From a virus (lineage: Duplodnaviria; Caudoviricetes), in IMG/VR virus record IMGVR_UViG_2767802109_000003, positions 1 to 64,000 of that record: 64,000 nt of DNA; one strand, 5' to 3'. The translations under genes and the position numbers were made by a program. Of the stretch, positions 44,581-53,976 are shown in pieces. Numbering within the stretch: the stretch's first letter is position 1; every line of letters starts with the position of its first letter. The notes below the pieces were generated by a model that saw only the letters and a program-made list of their open reading frames with translations, was not told where the DNA came from and ran no database searches.

Positions 44581-45116
44581 GACCACTGCTCCTGATAGAT
44601 GTCGACGGGCCCCTCAACCCGTGGGCAGCCAAGCCGTCTCGCCGTCCCGAGGGCTACCAGACGCACCGGATGCGACCCACCGGCTGGGAGCAGCCGTGGC
44701 AGAAGCCGCTCCGCGTCTGGCTCAACCCCGCCCACGGTCCCGCCCTCCAGGCGCTGCCGTTCGACCTCATCTGGTGCACCACCTGGGCGCACGAGGCCAA
44801 CGAGTGGATCGGCCCGCACATCGGCCTGCCCGAACTGCCCGTCATCGAATGGCCCGACGGTGCGCAGCAGCCCCGATCCGGTTGTGTCGGCGGCACCTTC
44901 TGGAAGACCCGCCACGTCGTCGACTGGGCCGCGGGCCGCTCGTTTGCATGGATCGACGACGACTTCGACGACATCGACCGCAAGTACGTCGACCACGAAC
45001 ACGACGGGCCCGCGCTCCTGCACTGGGTCAGCCCGCGAGACGGACTCCTCGACCGAGACTTCAAAGCGCTCGCCCGGTGGGCAGCCCGGCTCAACAGCAA
45101 CGACGAAGTGGCGTGA
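44577..45116 (+). CDS. HAD-superfamily phosphatase (HAD_SAK-like)
   Basis: LLLIDVDGPLNP (DxD), WCTTW, FAWIDDD motifs. Confidence 0.82.
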   Translation: MRPLLLIDVDGPLNPWAAKPSRRPEGYQTHRMRPTGWEQPWQKPLRVWLNPAHGPALQALPFDLIWCTTWAHEANEWIGPHIGLPELPVIEWPDGAQQPRSGCVGGTFWKTRHVVDWAAGRSFAWIDDDFDDIDRKYVDHEHDGPALLHWVSPRDGLLDRDFKALARWAARLNSNDEVA

Positions 45117-45208
45117 CCGCCCCGCCGAGGGCCCGCACCTGACACGGTGGGGGCCCTCACGCATGCAGTGGGCAGACTGTAGGGAGATCACCGGAAGGAG
45201 GTGAGACC

Positions 45209-45355
45209 GTGCCCGTCAGGTCCAGGGCGCAATGGCGCTGGATGTTCGCCAACAAGAAGGCGTTCGCCCACCGCTGGGCCCGCTCAAGGAAGCGCCGCTA
45301 CGGCAAGACCACCGGCTACCGCACCCTCCCCGCGCGGAAGCGAGCCCGCCGCTAG
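45209..45355 (+). CDS. 48-aa very basic peptide
   Basis: GGAGG RBS; MPVRSRAQWRWMFANKKAFAHRWARSRKRR..; stop overlaps portal stop (CTAG). Confidence 0.6.
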   Translation: MPVRSRAQWRWMFANKKAFAHRWARSRKRRYGKTTGYRTLPARKRARR

Positions 45356-47058
45356 GCAGCAGCCAGCCCCCGCGAGCCCCCGCCCTCCTCTTCGTCCTCG
45401 GTCTCGTCCTGGCCCTCGTCCGATCCGGCCTCGGTACCGTCACTGTCGGCTTCGTCCTCGTCGTTCGGCTCCTCAGGCTCCTCGCCGCCGCCGGTGTTGA
45501 ACGGGTCGCCGGCCGGGGCCATGGACTGCTTGTCGTCGCGGATGCGCCGCACCTCGGCCATGATGTCGGCGTCGTCCCAGGACGGCTCCCGCATCTTCAC
45601 CTTCATGAACGTGGAGATCGCCCCCGCCGAATCCAGCAGCGACAGAGTCCGTGCGGTCGCTTCCGGATCGGGTTGCACCGCCTGCGGCCACGACGCGGTC
45701 AGCTCAGCCGCAGGATCGACACCCTTCGCGCGGCAGTGCCGCACGTCGACCATCATCATCGTCGTCAGATGGTCGAGCAGCGCCGGCCGCTGGTACAGGA
45801 TCTTCGTGCCGCGGGTCGTCAACGACTCTTCCTTGCGGGCCGTCACCTCGGTCGCCGTCGTCGCGACCGTCCCCTCCTCGCCGAAGCTCTGCGCGGAGTA
45901 GCCGGCGCTCGAGAGGATCTGGCGGCGCAGGGCCTTCGCGGTCCGTTCGTGCTCCTCAACCCGGATCTTGAACTGGATGTCGGTGATGGAATCCTTCGCG
46001 TCGCCGCTGTCCAGCATGTTCAGGGCGACCTGCACCTCCTGCTCCAGGTTGTAGGAGCCGCCCGTGCCCGGCCCGTCGGTGTCGAGCATCGACTGCGGGA
46101 TCAGCAGCCGGGCCTTACCCAGCCGTAGGTCCCTCATCCAGCTCGTCCAGGATTCGTCGAGGGCATCCATGAGCGGCTCCACCCCAGACAGGTCTGACCG
46201 GCCGAGCGGCGCCGTGTTCGGCACCCCGTCCCACACCCGGTTCGGCAACACATTCGGTACATGCGTGATCAGCAGCCGGCCGATGCCCGTCGACTGCCGG
46301 CCCTGACTGTCGGTGCGCGCCACCAGGTACTCGGTGTCCGGATGGTCGGCCAGACTGTCCGCCCGCATCCCGAGTACACCAGGGCCGCCCTCGTACAGGC
46401 CGTACTCGATCGCCCCCGGCGTGTGGAACTCCAGCAGCCGCCACACCTTCGACGTGTCCGCAAGAGGCGCCAGCTCCCGCCACACGATCGCCTCCGCCAG
46501 CTCACCCCACCGCCACGTCGGCACCACCGCCTCAGGGGCGATCACATCCGTCCACGGCCGCGGGCGCAGCGTCGTATCCCACACCACCCGCAAGTAGACG
46601 TTCGACAGGCCCGCCGTCAACTCCGCGGCCTCCCGCAGCTTCGCGTGGCCGCGGTCGTCGAGGTAGCGGCCGATCTGCGCTGTCGTCGTCTTCGCGGTGG
46701 CCTTGTCGGTGGAGTCGGCGTCGACCGTCACCTGCGGCACGTCCGCCCACAACAGGTTCGCCGACAGCTCGGCGATGTCCGCGGCGATCGGCACGTGCAG
46801 CTTGGCGGCCTGCTGGCCGGGCGTGGCGTCCTGCCCCCAGAAGGTACGCAGCTCGTCACCGCCAGCAGCACGCCGCTGGTCCACGTCGAAGAACTGGCGG
46901 GCCACAGCGTTGGAGCGGTAGTTCGTGGGCCCGCCGTACACGGCGGCCAGATGATCTGTGTTGCCGGAGTACCAGGCCCGCCACATGTCCATGTCGGCGT
47001 GCGGGATCTCCAGGGCAGGCGGCGGCCAAGTGGTGTTCCCGGACGGGGGCAGTGGCAT
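45352..47058 (-). CDS. Portal protein (SPP1-type)
   Basis: WRAWYSG, LHVPIAADIAELSANLL, GRSDLSGVEPLMDALDESWTSWMRDLRLGKAR; follows terL. Confidence 0.88.
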   Translation of the reverse strand: MPLPPSGNTTWPPPALEIPHADMDMWRAWYSGNTDHLAAVYGGPTNYRSNAVARQFFDVDQRRAAGGDELRTFWGQDATPGQQAAKLHVPIAADIAELSANLLWADVPQVTVDADSTDKATAKTTTAQIGRYLDDRGHAKLREAAELTAGLSNVYLRVVWDTTLRPRPWTDVIAPEAVVPTWRWGELAEAIVWRELAPLADTSKVWRLLEFHTPGAIEYGLYEGGPGVLGMRADSLADHPDTEYLVARTDSQGRQSTGIGRLLITHVPNVLPNRVWDGVPNTAPLGRSDLSGVEPLMDALDESWTSWMRDLRLGKARLLIPQSMLDTDGPGTGGSYNLEQEVQVALNMLDSGDAKDSITDIQFKIRVEEHERTAKALRRQILSSAGYSAQSFGEEGTVATTATEVTARKEESLTTRGTKILYQRPALLDHLTTMMMVDVRHCRAKGVDPAAELTASWPQAVQPDPEATARTLSLLDSAGAISTFMKVKMREPSWDDADIMAEVRRIRDDKQSMAPAGDPFNTGGGEEPEEPNDEDEADSDGTEAGSDEGQDETEDEEEGGGSRGLAAA

Positions 47059-47070
47059 GACGGTCTCCTT

Positions 47071-48321
47071 CTAGGCTGCGAGGGCGAGCTGGCGCTGCCA
47101 CAGGGGTCTGGTCGTGAAAATGCCGTAGCGGAGGGCGTCGACGCCATGGTCAGCAACCTTCAACGGCTGCTCCTCGCCGCGCAGGGCGGCCTTGTCGTCC
47201 CAGCTGTAGCCGCCGATCTCCTGGATCAGGGCTTCGCAGGACTTGTGGACGAGGAGCTTGTTCGAGGCGAGCAGCGCGGCCACGGTGCGGATGCCGTCCA
47301 TGACGTCGTTCTTCGCCGGGGTCGGGGTGAGCCGGTCCCGCTTCAACTGGGTGACGAAGGAGGCGGCGGAGGGGTCGACGGTCACGAACTGGGGACGAAC
47401 GGCGCCGATGCCCGGGACCTCGGACAGCCACCCCCGGAGCCGCTGCGAGTACTCGGTGTCGGTGAGCTGCTTCTTCGTCTGCCGCGCCTCGTAACGCCAC
47501 TCCGCCGCCGCGTACAGGCGCCGGTCGCGCCCCAAGCCCAGCAGGACTGCATGGAACGGGTTCGACGTGCCGTAGTCCACGCCGAGGCTGATCCACTTGT
47601 GGATGCCGTCCCGAGGCAGCGACGAGACGATATGCCGGTCGCGGTCCCACGAGTCGTAGATCGCACCCTCCGCGGCCACCCACTCGCCCAGGATGAACCG
47701 CCGGTAGAAGAGGCCCTCGTGGGAGGCCTTCATGTCGGCGACGTAGTCCTCGTCGAGGAACGGATTGTCGTCGATCGTGAACGAGAACCTGCTCACCGGC
47801 TTCCTGCCGGCCTGCGACAGCCAGTCCCGCATGAACCAGTGCGCCGGATTGTCCGGGTTGGTGGTGCACAACAGCTGGGCGCCGCGCACCGACATGCGAC
47901 CGTACAGCTGCTCGAAGAAGATTTGCGGGACGAGGGTGACCTCGTCGACGTAGGCGCCGCACACCGTCATACCGCGGATCTTCGGTTCGGACTTGGCGTC
48001 GTTGGCGCCGATGACGTGCACCACCCGGCCCAGAATGATCGCCGTGGGCGCGCCAGGCGTGTAGTGGATCAGGGACGCGATCGGCCCGAACAGGGCCGGA
48101 TCCTGCATGGGCAAGAACAAGTTGCGGTGGATGGTTTGCGACGTCTTCCCGATCATCACTAGCTCGCCTGTCGTCGGCGCATTCGCAATGAAGATCAACC
48201 ACTTGAGCAGAGACGCGATCGTCTTGCCCGACCGGATCGCCCCCTCCCAGCACGAGATTTTGGTCGTCGACTCGGCGACAGACCGGATCTGCTTCCGGGA
48301 CAGGGGCATCGTCTCGAGCAC
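47071..48321 (-). CDS. terL: Terminase large subunit (PBSX-type)
   Basis: EGAIRSGKT Walker A, AYVDE, TTNPD, GVDYG, VDPSA, DHGVDALRY. Confidence 0.93.
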   Translation of the reverse strand: MLETMPLSRKQIRSVAESTTKISCWEGAIRSGKTIASLLKWLIFIANAPTTGELVMIGKTSQTIHRNLFLPMQDPALFGPIASLIHYTPGAPTAIILGRVVHVIGANDAKSEPKIRGMTVCGAYVDEVTLVPQIFFEQLYGRMSVRGAQLLCTTNPDNPAHWFMRDWLSQAGRKPVSRFSFTIDDNPFLDEDYVADMKASHEGLFYRRFILGEWVAAEGAIYDSWDRDRHIVSSLPRDGIHKWISLGVDYGTSNPFHAVLLGLGRDRRLYAAAEWRYEARQTKKQLTDTEYSQRLRGWLSEVPGIGAVRPQFVTVDPSAASFVTQLKRDRLTPTPAKNDVMDGIRTVAALLASNKLLVHKSCEALIQEIGGYSWDDKAALRGEEQPLKVADHGVDALRYGIFTTRPLWQRQLALAA

Positions 48322-48323
48322 GG

Positions 48324-48839
48324 CTACGCCTCGTCGCCCTCGGCCTCGTCCTGCTCCCGCGAGTACCGGACGAGGGCATCGCCCAGCGACCCCAGCATGC
48401 TCTTGGCCGAATCGAGTCCGGACGCCTCGGCCGGCGGCACCAGCTTCAGCACCTTGTCCACGGCGATCGCCGCGGCGGTGATGAGTGCCTTCCGGTCCGC
48501 GTTCGGCGCCTCGGTGAAGGTGTGCTCGTTGTACTCGTTGTCCTTGCCGCCGAAGGCAAAGACGGTGGTCGGCTGGTAGATGCGGCGCAGGGAGTCCTCG
48601 GCGATCTCCATGAACTGCTCGGCGATCAGGCTGCGGCGCTCCTCGAGGTCTGCGGCGCGCGCCTCGGACGCGGCACGGATCTTCGACCGGTCGAAGGTCA
48701 GACCGAGGTGGGCGGCCGTGCGGGAGATCACCGAGTTGGTGATGCCCATCTCGCGGCTGATCTCGTTACGGCCCATGCCGAGTGCGTGGAGCTCTCGAAG
48801 CTTGGGCCATTTGTCCTCGGCCATGATCTCTCTGGCCAT
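48324..48839 (-). CDS. terS: Terminase small subunit (HTH)
   Basis: N-terminal HTH GMGRNEISREMGITNSVISR; immediately upstream of terL. Confidence 0.75.
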   Translation of the reverse strand: MAREIMAEDKWPKLRELHALGMGRNEISREMGITNSVISRTAAHLGLTFDRSKIRAASEARAADLEERRSLIAEQFMEIAEDSLRRIYQPTTVFAFGGKDNEYNEHTFTEAPNADRKALITAAAIAVDKVLKLVPPAEASGLDSAKSMLGSLGDALVRYSREQDEAEGDEA

Positions 48840-49700
48840 TCAGGGCCTCCAGGTGGTGCGGGCGCGGCGGCGCAGGAGGGTGGGCAGGGGCGTCCCCGAG
48901 ACAGGCCACGCCGGTGACCAGGGGATCAGTGCACAGCGGCAATGCGGATGGCGAGGTGGTGAACTGATCGCCGTCGTGAACACGGTGCGCTGCGGGTCGA
49001 GAGACAGGCCGCCTCGGAATCGCTCTCCGGGGCGGATGTGGAGTCCGGCGTAGGCACGGCATGCAGCGCAGGCCCCGGCCTCGGTGACCCACAGCAGGCG
49101 AATGTCAGGGCCGAGACTGCGGGCAATGTGCCGTGCGGCGTTGGCGGCAGCACTGCCGACCGCAACGGCGGTGGCCCTGGCGATCCTGCCGACGGCACGC
49201 CTGGCCCGGGAAAAGGCGGAGTTGAGGCCGGCGAGGCCCATCGCGGTGAGGCCGGTGGTGGTGAGCAGGGCGAGCGCATGGCCCTGCTCTTCCTGGATGG
49301 CGGCGGGGATGGACGCGGCGGCGGTGCGGGCGTCAGCCCCGGTGTCGACGATGGCGGGCGGGACGGGCTGGCCGCTCATGGTGGCGGCGATGGCCACGTT
49401 CTGCTGGGCGCTGCTTTGTGCCGCGTTGAACGCGGCTCGTTCGGCGACGGCTTGGGCTTGCGTGCTCTTACCAGCGAAGGCTCGGCGGAGGAGTTCGCGC
49501 GCCCAGGTGATGAAGTCGGCGAGCCGTTCGGGGATTTGCTGGCCGATGGTTTCGCGGATCCAGCGGGTGACGGCGGCGGCTTGGGCGTCGGTGAGGGCTT
49601 GGGCGAGGGGCCGGGTGGCGTCGGCGATGGCGCGCTGTTCGAGGGCGCGGAGCCGTTCGGGCTGCTGCTGTGCCCGGTCGGCGATCTGTCCGCTGTCCAC
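48840..49700 (-). CDS. Minor head / MuF-like morphogenesis protein
   Basis: C-terminal ACAAC..PPRHPHCRC motif. Confidence 0.65.
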   Translation of the reverse strand: MDSGQIADRAQQQPERLRALEQRAIADATRPLAQALTDAQAAAVTRWIRETIGQQIPERLADFITWARELLRRAFAGKSTQAQAVAERAAFNAAQSSAQQNVAIAATMSGQPVPPAIVDTGADARTAAASIPAAIQEEQGHALALLTTTGLTAMGLAGLNSAFSRARRAVGRIARATAVAVGSAAANAARHIARSLGPDIRLLWVTEAGACAACRAYAGLHIRPGERFRGGLSLDPQRTVFTTAISSPPRHPHCRCALIPWSPAWPVSGTPLPTLLRRRARTTWRP

Positions 49701-49851
49701 TCAACACCCCCCATCATCCTTCGAATCTAAGAGAATCTTGCCTTCTCGCCTTTGATTGTGCAGCATTGAGGCAGGTTCAGGGTTAACATCGTGGCCAACG
49801 CGAGGTGATCAAGGCATCACCGACCCGCGCAGGCCGCCCAAGGAGGCACCG
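49701..49851. promoter_or_regulatory. Divergent late control region between packaging and head-tail operons
   Basis: Relatively AT-rich 150-bp gap between divergent start codons; RBS AAGGAGG before scaffold. Confidence 0.5.
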
Positions 49852-50655
49852 ATGTCGACCCCCGCCCAGCCCGACAACGCACCCGCGGAACCGAGCACCC
49901 AGCCGGCCACCCCGCCCGCGCCCGAAGGCACCCCCGCGCCGACTCCGCCAGAGCCGACCGCAACCCCCGCCACGCCCGCGCCCGAGCAGCAGCCCGAGCC
50001 GACCGCGCCGACCGAACCCAAGGGGAAGTCCCCGAAGTTCGAGGGCGAGTTCGACCCGGCGAAGTTCGAGAAGCTCGTCGAGAACATCCGAGGCGACGTC
50101 GCAGCTGAGAAGGCCAAGCGCGAAGCCGCAGAGAAGCGGGTCTCTGAGATCGAGCAGAGCCACGCCGACTTCATCAAGAAGCTGGCCGGGCTCGCCGGTG
50201 TCAAGACCGACGAGGAGAAGCCGCCCACCCCCGAAGAGCTCGCCAAGCAGCTCGCGGATGAGCAGGCCCGGACCAAGGCGTCCGACGACCGCACCCGCGA
50301 GATCCGGGTTGAGCACGCCCTCTACAAGGCTGCACACAAGCTGCAGGCTGACGCAGAGCTTCTGACAGCCGTTCTGGCCCACGGCGGCCAGCTCGCCAAG
50401 CTCGACCCGAACGCCGAGTCGTTCTCGGCCGACGTGGAGCAGGCAGTCAAGGCAGCCGTCGAAGCAAACCCGAAGCTCAAGGCCAAGGCGCCGGAGCCGA
50501 AGGAGCCGGCCCCCACTCCTGCGGCGGGCGCACCGATGGACGGGGCCCCCGGCGGAAAGCGGCAGCTCGGCAAGGCGGACGTGGACCGAATGACCCCCGA
50601 GCAGATCGATCAGGCCGTGAAGGACGGACGACTCAAGTCCTACCTGGGCGGCTAG
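49852..50655 (+). CDS. Head scaffolding protein
   Basis: Pro/Ala-rich N-terminus, charged coiled coil, directly upstream of capsid gene. Confidence 0.75.
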   Translation: MSTPAQPDNAPAEPSTQPATPPAPEGTPAPTPPEPTATPATPAPEQQPEPTAPTEPKGKSPKFEGEFDPAKFEKLVENIRGDVAAEKAKREAAEKRVSEIEQSHADFIKKLAGLAGVKTDEEKPPTPEELAKQLADEQARTKASDDRTREIRVEHALYKAAHKLQADAELLTAVLAHGGQLAKLDPNAESFSADVEQAVKAAVEANPKLKAKAPEPKEPAPTPAAGAPMDGAPGGKRQLGKADVDRMTPEQIDQAVKDGRLKSYLGG

Positions 50656-50673
50656 GCCACTTAGGAGCCTCCG

Positions 50674-51525
50674 TTGTCCATCAACAACTTCAAGCCCGAG
50701 GTCTGGAGCGCGCAGCTTCTCGTCGGCCTCCGCGGCGCCCTGGTGTACGCGCAGCCGCAGCTCGTGAACCGCAACTACGAGGGCGAGATCACGACCCGCG
50801 GCCAGTCCGTGCACATCACCACGGTCGGCGATCCGACGATCTTCGACTACGACGCGGGCGACACGATCAACTACGAGGACATCGAGACCGCGGGCACGGA
50901 CCTGATCATCGATCAGGCCAAGGCGTTCGCTTTCAAGATCGACGACGTGGACAAAGCCCAAGCCCTCCTCAACCCCATGTCGGACATGGCGCAGAACGCC
51001 GCCTACGGACTCCGCGACAAGGCCGACGCCTACGTCGCCAGCCTCTACACCGGCGTCGCCGCCGCCAACACGGTCGGCACCACCGGTGCACCGATCAGCC
51101 TCAGCGATCCGAAGGACGCCTACGACAAGGTCCTCGTGCCGCTGCGCACCCGGCTCGACCGGGCCAACGTCCCTACCGAGGGGCGCTACTTCGTTGGCTC
51201 CCCCGAGTTCGAGGGCGCACTCCTCCGCGACGACCGGTTCGTCCGCGTCGATGCCTCCGGAAGCGAGCAGGGCCTCCGCAACGGCATGACGGGTCGCGCC
51301 GCCGGCTTCGACATCCTCAAGTCGAACAACACCCCCAACCCGACCGGCAGTGTCCAGGTCATGCAGGCCGGCTACCCGGGGGCGATCACCTACGCCGAGC
51401 AGATCCTGGAGACCGAGGCGCTGCGCCTCCAGTCCACGATCGCCGACGCCATCCGCGGCCTCCACGTATACGGCGCCAAGTTGCTGCGCCCGACCGGCAT
51501 CGCCGTGGCGTTCGTCCAGCCGTGA
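50674..51525 (+). CDS. Major capsid protein (P22 gp5/HK97 fold)
   Basis: TTG start; FKPEVWSAQLL, NRNYEGEI, IDQAKAFAFKIDDVD, GLHVYGAKLLRP. Confidence 0.9.
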   Translation: MSINNFKPEVWSAQLLVGLRGALVYAQPQLVNRNYEGEITTRGQSVHITTVGDPTIFDYDAGDTINYEDIETAGTDLIIDQAKAFAFKIDDVDKAQALLNPMSDMAQNAAYGLRDKADAYVASLYTGVAAANTVGTTGAPISLSDPKDAYDKVLVPLRTRLDRANVPTEGRYFVGSPEFEGALLRDDRFVRVDASGSEQGLRNGMTGRAAGFDILKSNNTPNPTGSVQVMQAGYPGAITYAEQILETEALRLQSTIADAIRGLHVYGAKLLRPTGIAVAFVQP

Positions 51526-51573
51526 TCTTCCGGCGTGATCCTCGCCGCCTCTTCTGACCCCGGGAGCCCTCCC

Positions 51574-51951
51574 ATGCCTCGCACAGCTGTCAGCTACACC
51601 CCGCTCGTCCCGAACGGGCACCTGTCCAACCCGGCCGGTACCACGATCGACGCTGCCCTCGTCACCAACGGCGTCGTCATCAACGGCGTCGACCCGGAGC
51701 ACACCCTGCTGCGCGTCAACAACACCGCCACGAGCGCCAAGAACGTAACCGTCCGCACCGGCAGCGGCCACCAGTCATGGATGGCCGGACAGGGCGACAT
51801 CGTCCAGTCCGTCGGTGCGAACACCGGCTCCGAGTTCCTCGGCCCGTTCACGTCCGCCCGGTTCCAGCAGGCCGGCTCGAAGCTGCATGTCGACTTCGAG
51901 TCCGGGTTCACCGGCACGATCACCGTGTTCAAGCTGCCGAAGGCGTTCTGA
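51574..51951 (+). CDS. Putative capsid decoration protein
   Basis: Small beta-rich protein directly after capsid gene. Confidence 0.55.
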   Translation: MPRTAVSYTPLVPNGHLSNPAGTTIDAALVTNGVVINGVDPEHTLLRVNNTATSAKNVTVRTGSGHQSWMAGQGDIVQSVGANTGSEFLGPFTSARFQQAGSKLHVDFESGFTGTITVFKLPKAF

Positions 51952-51952
51952 C

Positions 51953-52573
51953 ATGGGGCGCCGCGAGTACATCGGTACGGGAGGGCTCCGGGTTCACCTG
52001 GACGATCCGCCCACCCCGGAGATGGCCAAGCAGATCAAGCGCGGCGACCTCACGCCCGTGAACGGCCAGGCTCCGGACGTGGAGGCCGGAGACAAGTCGC
52101 TCGTCGTCGTGCACGGCTCCGAGGCTTCGACCGCGGACCGGTTCGGAGTGCACCGGCCGGCGCCCGGCGAGAAGCCGGACCCGCGCGGCACGGCCAAGGA
52201 CTGGGCGACCTACGCGGTTGCGCTCGGCCTGGAGGCCACGCAGGCGTCCACGCTGTCCCTGACCCAGCTGCAGGAGTGGGTTGAGGCGCACGAGAACGCG
52301 CTGGGGGAGGGCGTCGAGGCGCCCGTGCCCGCGGTTGACGCGGACTCCCCGGACGCAGTCGTCCCCGACGGCGCCTCCGGGCCGCCGCAGGTGGAGAAGC
52401 CTGCGTCGAACGCGAAGGTCGCCGACTGGCGCACCTACGTGATCGCGCTCGGCATGGACCCGAACGAGGCGAAGGACGCCACGAAGGCCGACTGCCAGGA
52501 CTACGCGCAGACCGTCGAAGAGGCCCGCGCCGCCCAGCCCGGCGAGGACTCCGAGACCGAGGGCCAGGAGTAG
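51953..52573 (+). CDS. Structural-region protein with two HeH/LEM-like repeats
   Basis: DWATYAVALG and DWRTYVIALG repeats. Confidence 0.65.
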   Translation: MGRREYIGTGGLRVHLDDPPTPEMAKQIKRGDLTPVNGQAPDVEAGDKSLVVVHGSEASTADRFGVHRPAPGEKPDPRGTAKDWATYAVALGLEATQASTLSLTQLQEWVEAHENALGEGVEAPVPAVDADSPDAVVPDGASGPPQVEKPASNAKVADWRTYVIALGMDPNEAKDATKADCQDYAQTVEEARAAQPGEDSETEGQE

Positions 52574-52576
52574 GCC

Positions 52577-52957
52577 ATGGCGTATGCGACCGTCAGCGAC
52601 CTCGAGGCGTGGCTCACCCCCGAGCCTGCGCCGGCGAATGCTGTGCGCCTGCTGGAGCGGGCGTCCACGGCGATCGACAGGGCGTTGTACGGCCTCGCAT
52701 ACGACAGGGACGATCCCGAAGTGCTGAAGGTGCTGTCGCGGGCGTGTGTGCGGCAGGCCCACTGGCTGATCGACCGTGAGGACGAGACCGGCGCTCAGGA
52801 TGACCTGGCGTCGATGTCGACGGGGCAGCGCTCGTTTTCCCGGCGCGCACCGAAGGACGGCGATAGCAGCGGTAGCAGTCAGCGGCTGACCTCGTCCGCC
52901 GCCGACGTCCTGAAGGTCAGCGGTCTGTTTCACGGCTTCGTCTGGACGTGGGGCTGA
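52577..52957 (+). CDS. Head-tail adaptor
   Basis: MAYATVSDL..LLERASTAID; synteny. Confidence 0.75.
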   Translation: MAYATVSDLEAWLTPEPAPANAVRLLERASTAIDRALYGLAYDRDDPEVLKVLSRACVRQAHWLIDREDETGAQDDLASMSTGQRSFSRRAPKDGDSSGSSQRLTSSAADVLKVSGLFHGFVWTWG

Positions 52958-53298
52958 TGCCGTACAACATCGGCCGCCAGACCGTCACCGTCCTCGCCGC
53001 ACCGCTGATCGACGGCCCGTACAACTCCAAGGTGCGGGACTGGGAGAACGCCAACCAGACTCCGGTGTCCGGCTGCACGGTCGACATCACCGGCACGTCG
53101 GAGACGAAGAACGCGTCCGACCAGACAGTGACGACCGCCCGCCTGGACCTGCCTGCGCACGCGCCGGTCGCCGTGACCGAGTGGATGCGCGTCTCCTGGC
53201 AGGGCCGCACCTGGGAAGTCGACGGGGTCCCCTCCGACCCGGAAGCGGCCGGGCCTCTGGCCGGGCAGGTCGTCAACCTGCGGGAGGTGGCGGGCTGA
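52957..53298 (+). CDS. Head-tail stopper/closure protein
   Basis: QTVTVL..RVSWQGRTWEVDG; synteny. Confidence 0.72.
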   Translation: MPYNIGRQTVTVLAAPLIDGPYNSKVRDWENANQTPVSGCTVDITGTSETKNASDQTVTTARLDLPAHAPVAVTEWMRVSWQGRTWEVDGVPSDPEAAGPLAGQVVNLREVAG

Positions 53299-53636
53299 TG
53301 GCCACCCGAGTCGACATCGACGTGGAGATCGACGCCGAGGCCATCGAGGTCGATCTGCCGCTCGACGATGCCGTGCAGGCCGACCTTGCGGGGCGCATGA
53401 AACGCGTCGAAGCCGTGGCCATCGCTACAGCACCCGTCTACACGGGCGAGTTCCGCGACAGCATCCACGCCGTCGAGCAGCCCGACCCGGACGGCACCCG
53501 GCACGTCGACGCCGACGCCGCCCACTCCTACTACGTCGAGCACGGCACGACGCAGCGGGACCGCCACGGGCGGGCGATCCACCGACCCCACTACACGCTC
53601 GGTCACGCACTTGACGCTGCCGGCGGCGACCACTGA
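53298..53636 (+). CDS. HK97 gp10-like neck/tail completion protein
   Basis: APVYTGEFRDSI..YYVEHGT. Confidence 0.75.
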   Translation: MATRVDIDVEIDAEAIEVDLPLDDAVQADLAGRMKRVEAVAIATAPVYTGEFRDSIHAVEQPDPDGTRHVDADAAHSYYVEHGTTQRDRHGRAIHRPHYTLGHALDAAGGDH

Positions 53637-53651
53637 TGAAGGAGAACACCG

Positions 53652-53975
53652 ATGGCTGACGGCGACGTCGTGAAGATGAAGCTCACGTTCTGGCGGGGCG
53701 ACAAGGCCCCCGGCGACCTCATCGAGGTCCCCGCCGACGAGGTGCACCGCTGGAAGGGCTTCGCTGAGCAGGTCGGCGAACCCACACCGTCCGGCGAGTC
53801 GACCACCCCGGCAGCCGCGAACAGCCCGTTCCCGCGGCCGGCCGACGGGGCGAAGGTCGACGACTGGCGTACCTACGCCGTCCACCTCGGCATGGAGCAG
53901 GCCGACGCCGACAAGGCCACCAAGGCGGACCTCCAGGACTACGCGGCCAAGACCGCCGCCGGGTCGAAGGCCTGA
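53652..53975 (+). CDS. Small protein with C-terminal HeH/LEM-like domain
   Basis: PADGAKVDDWRTYAVHLG..TKADLQDY, homologous to 51953-52573. Confidence 0.65.
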   Translation: MADGDVVKMKLTFWRGDKAPGDLIEVPADEVHRWKGFAEQVGEPTPSGESTTPAAANSPFPRPADGAKVDDWRTYAVHLGMEQADADKATKADLQDYAAKTAAGSKA

Positions 53976-53976
53976 C

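Noticed and set aside
25333-45200. An independent AICE with its own integrase/RepSA, or a cas operon linked to the mini-array
   Set aside because: No second integrase, rolling-circle Rep motif or Cas protein motif recognised in the window
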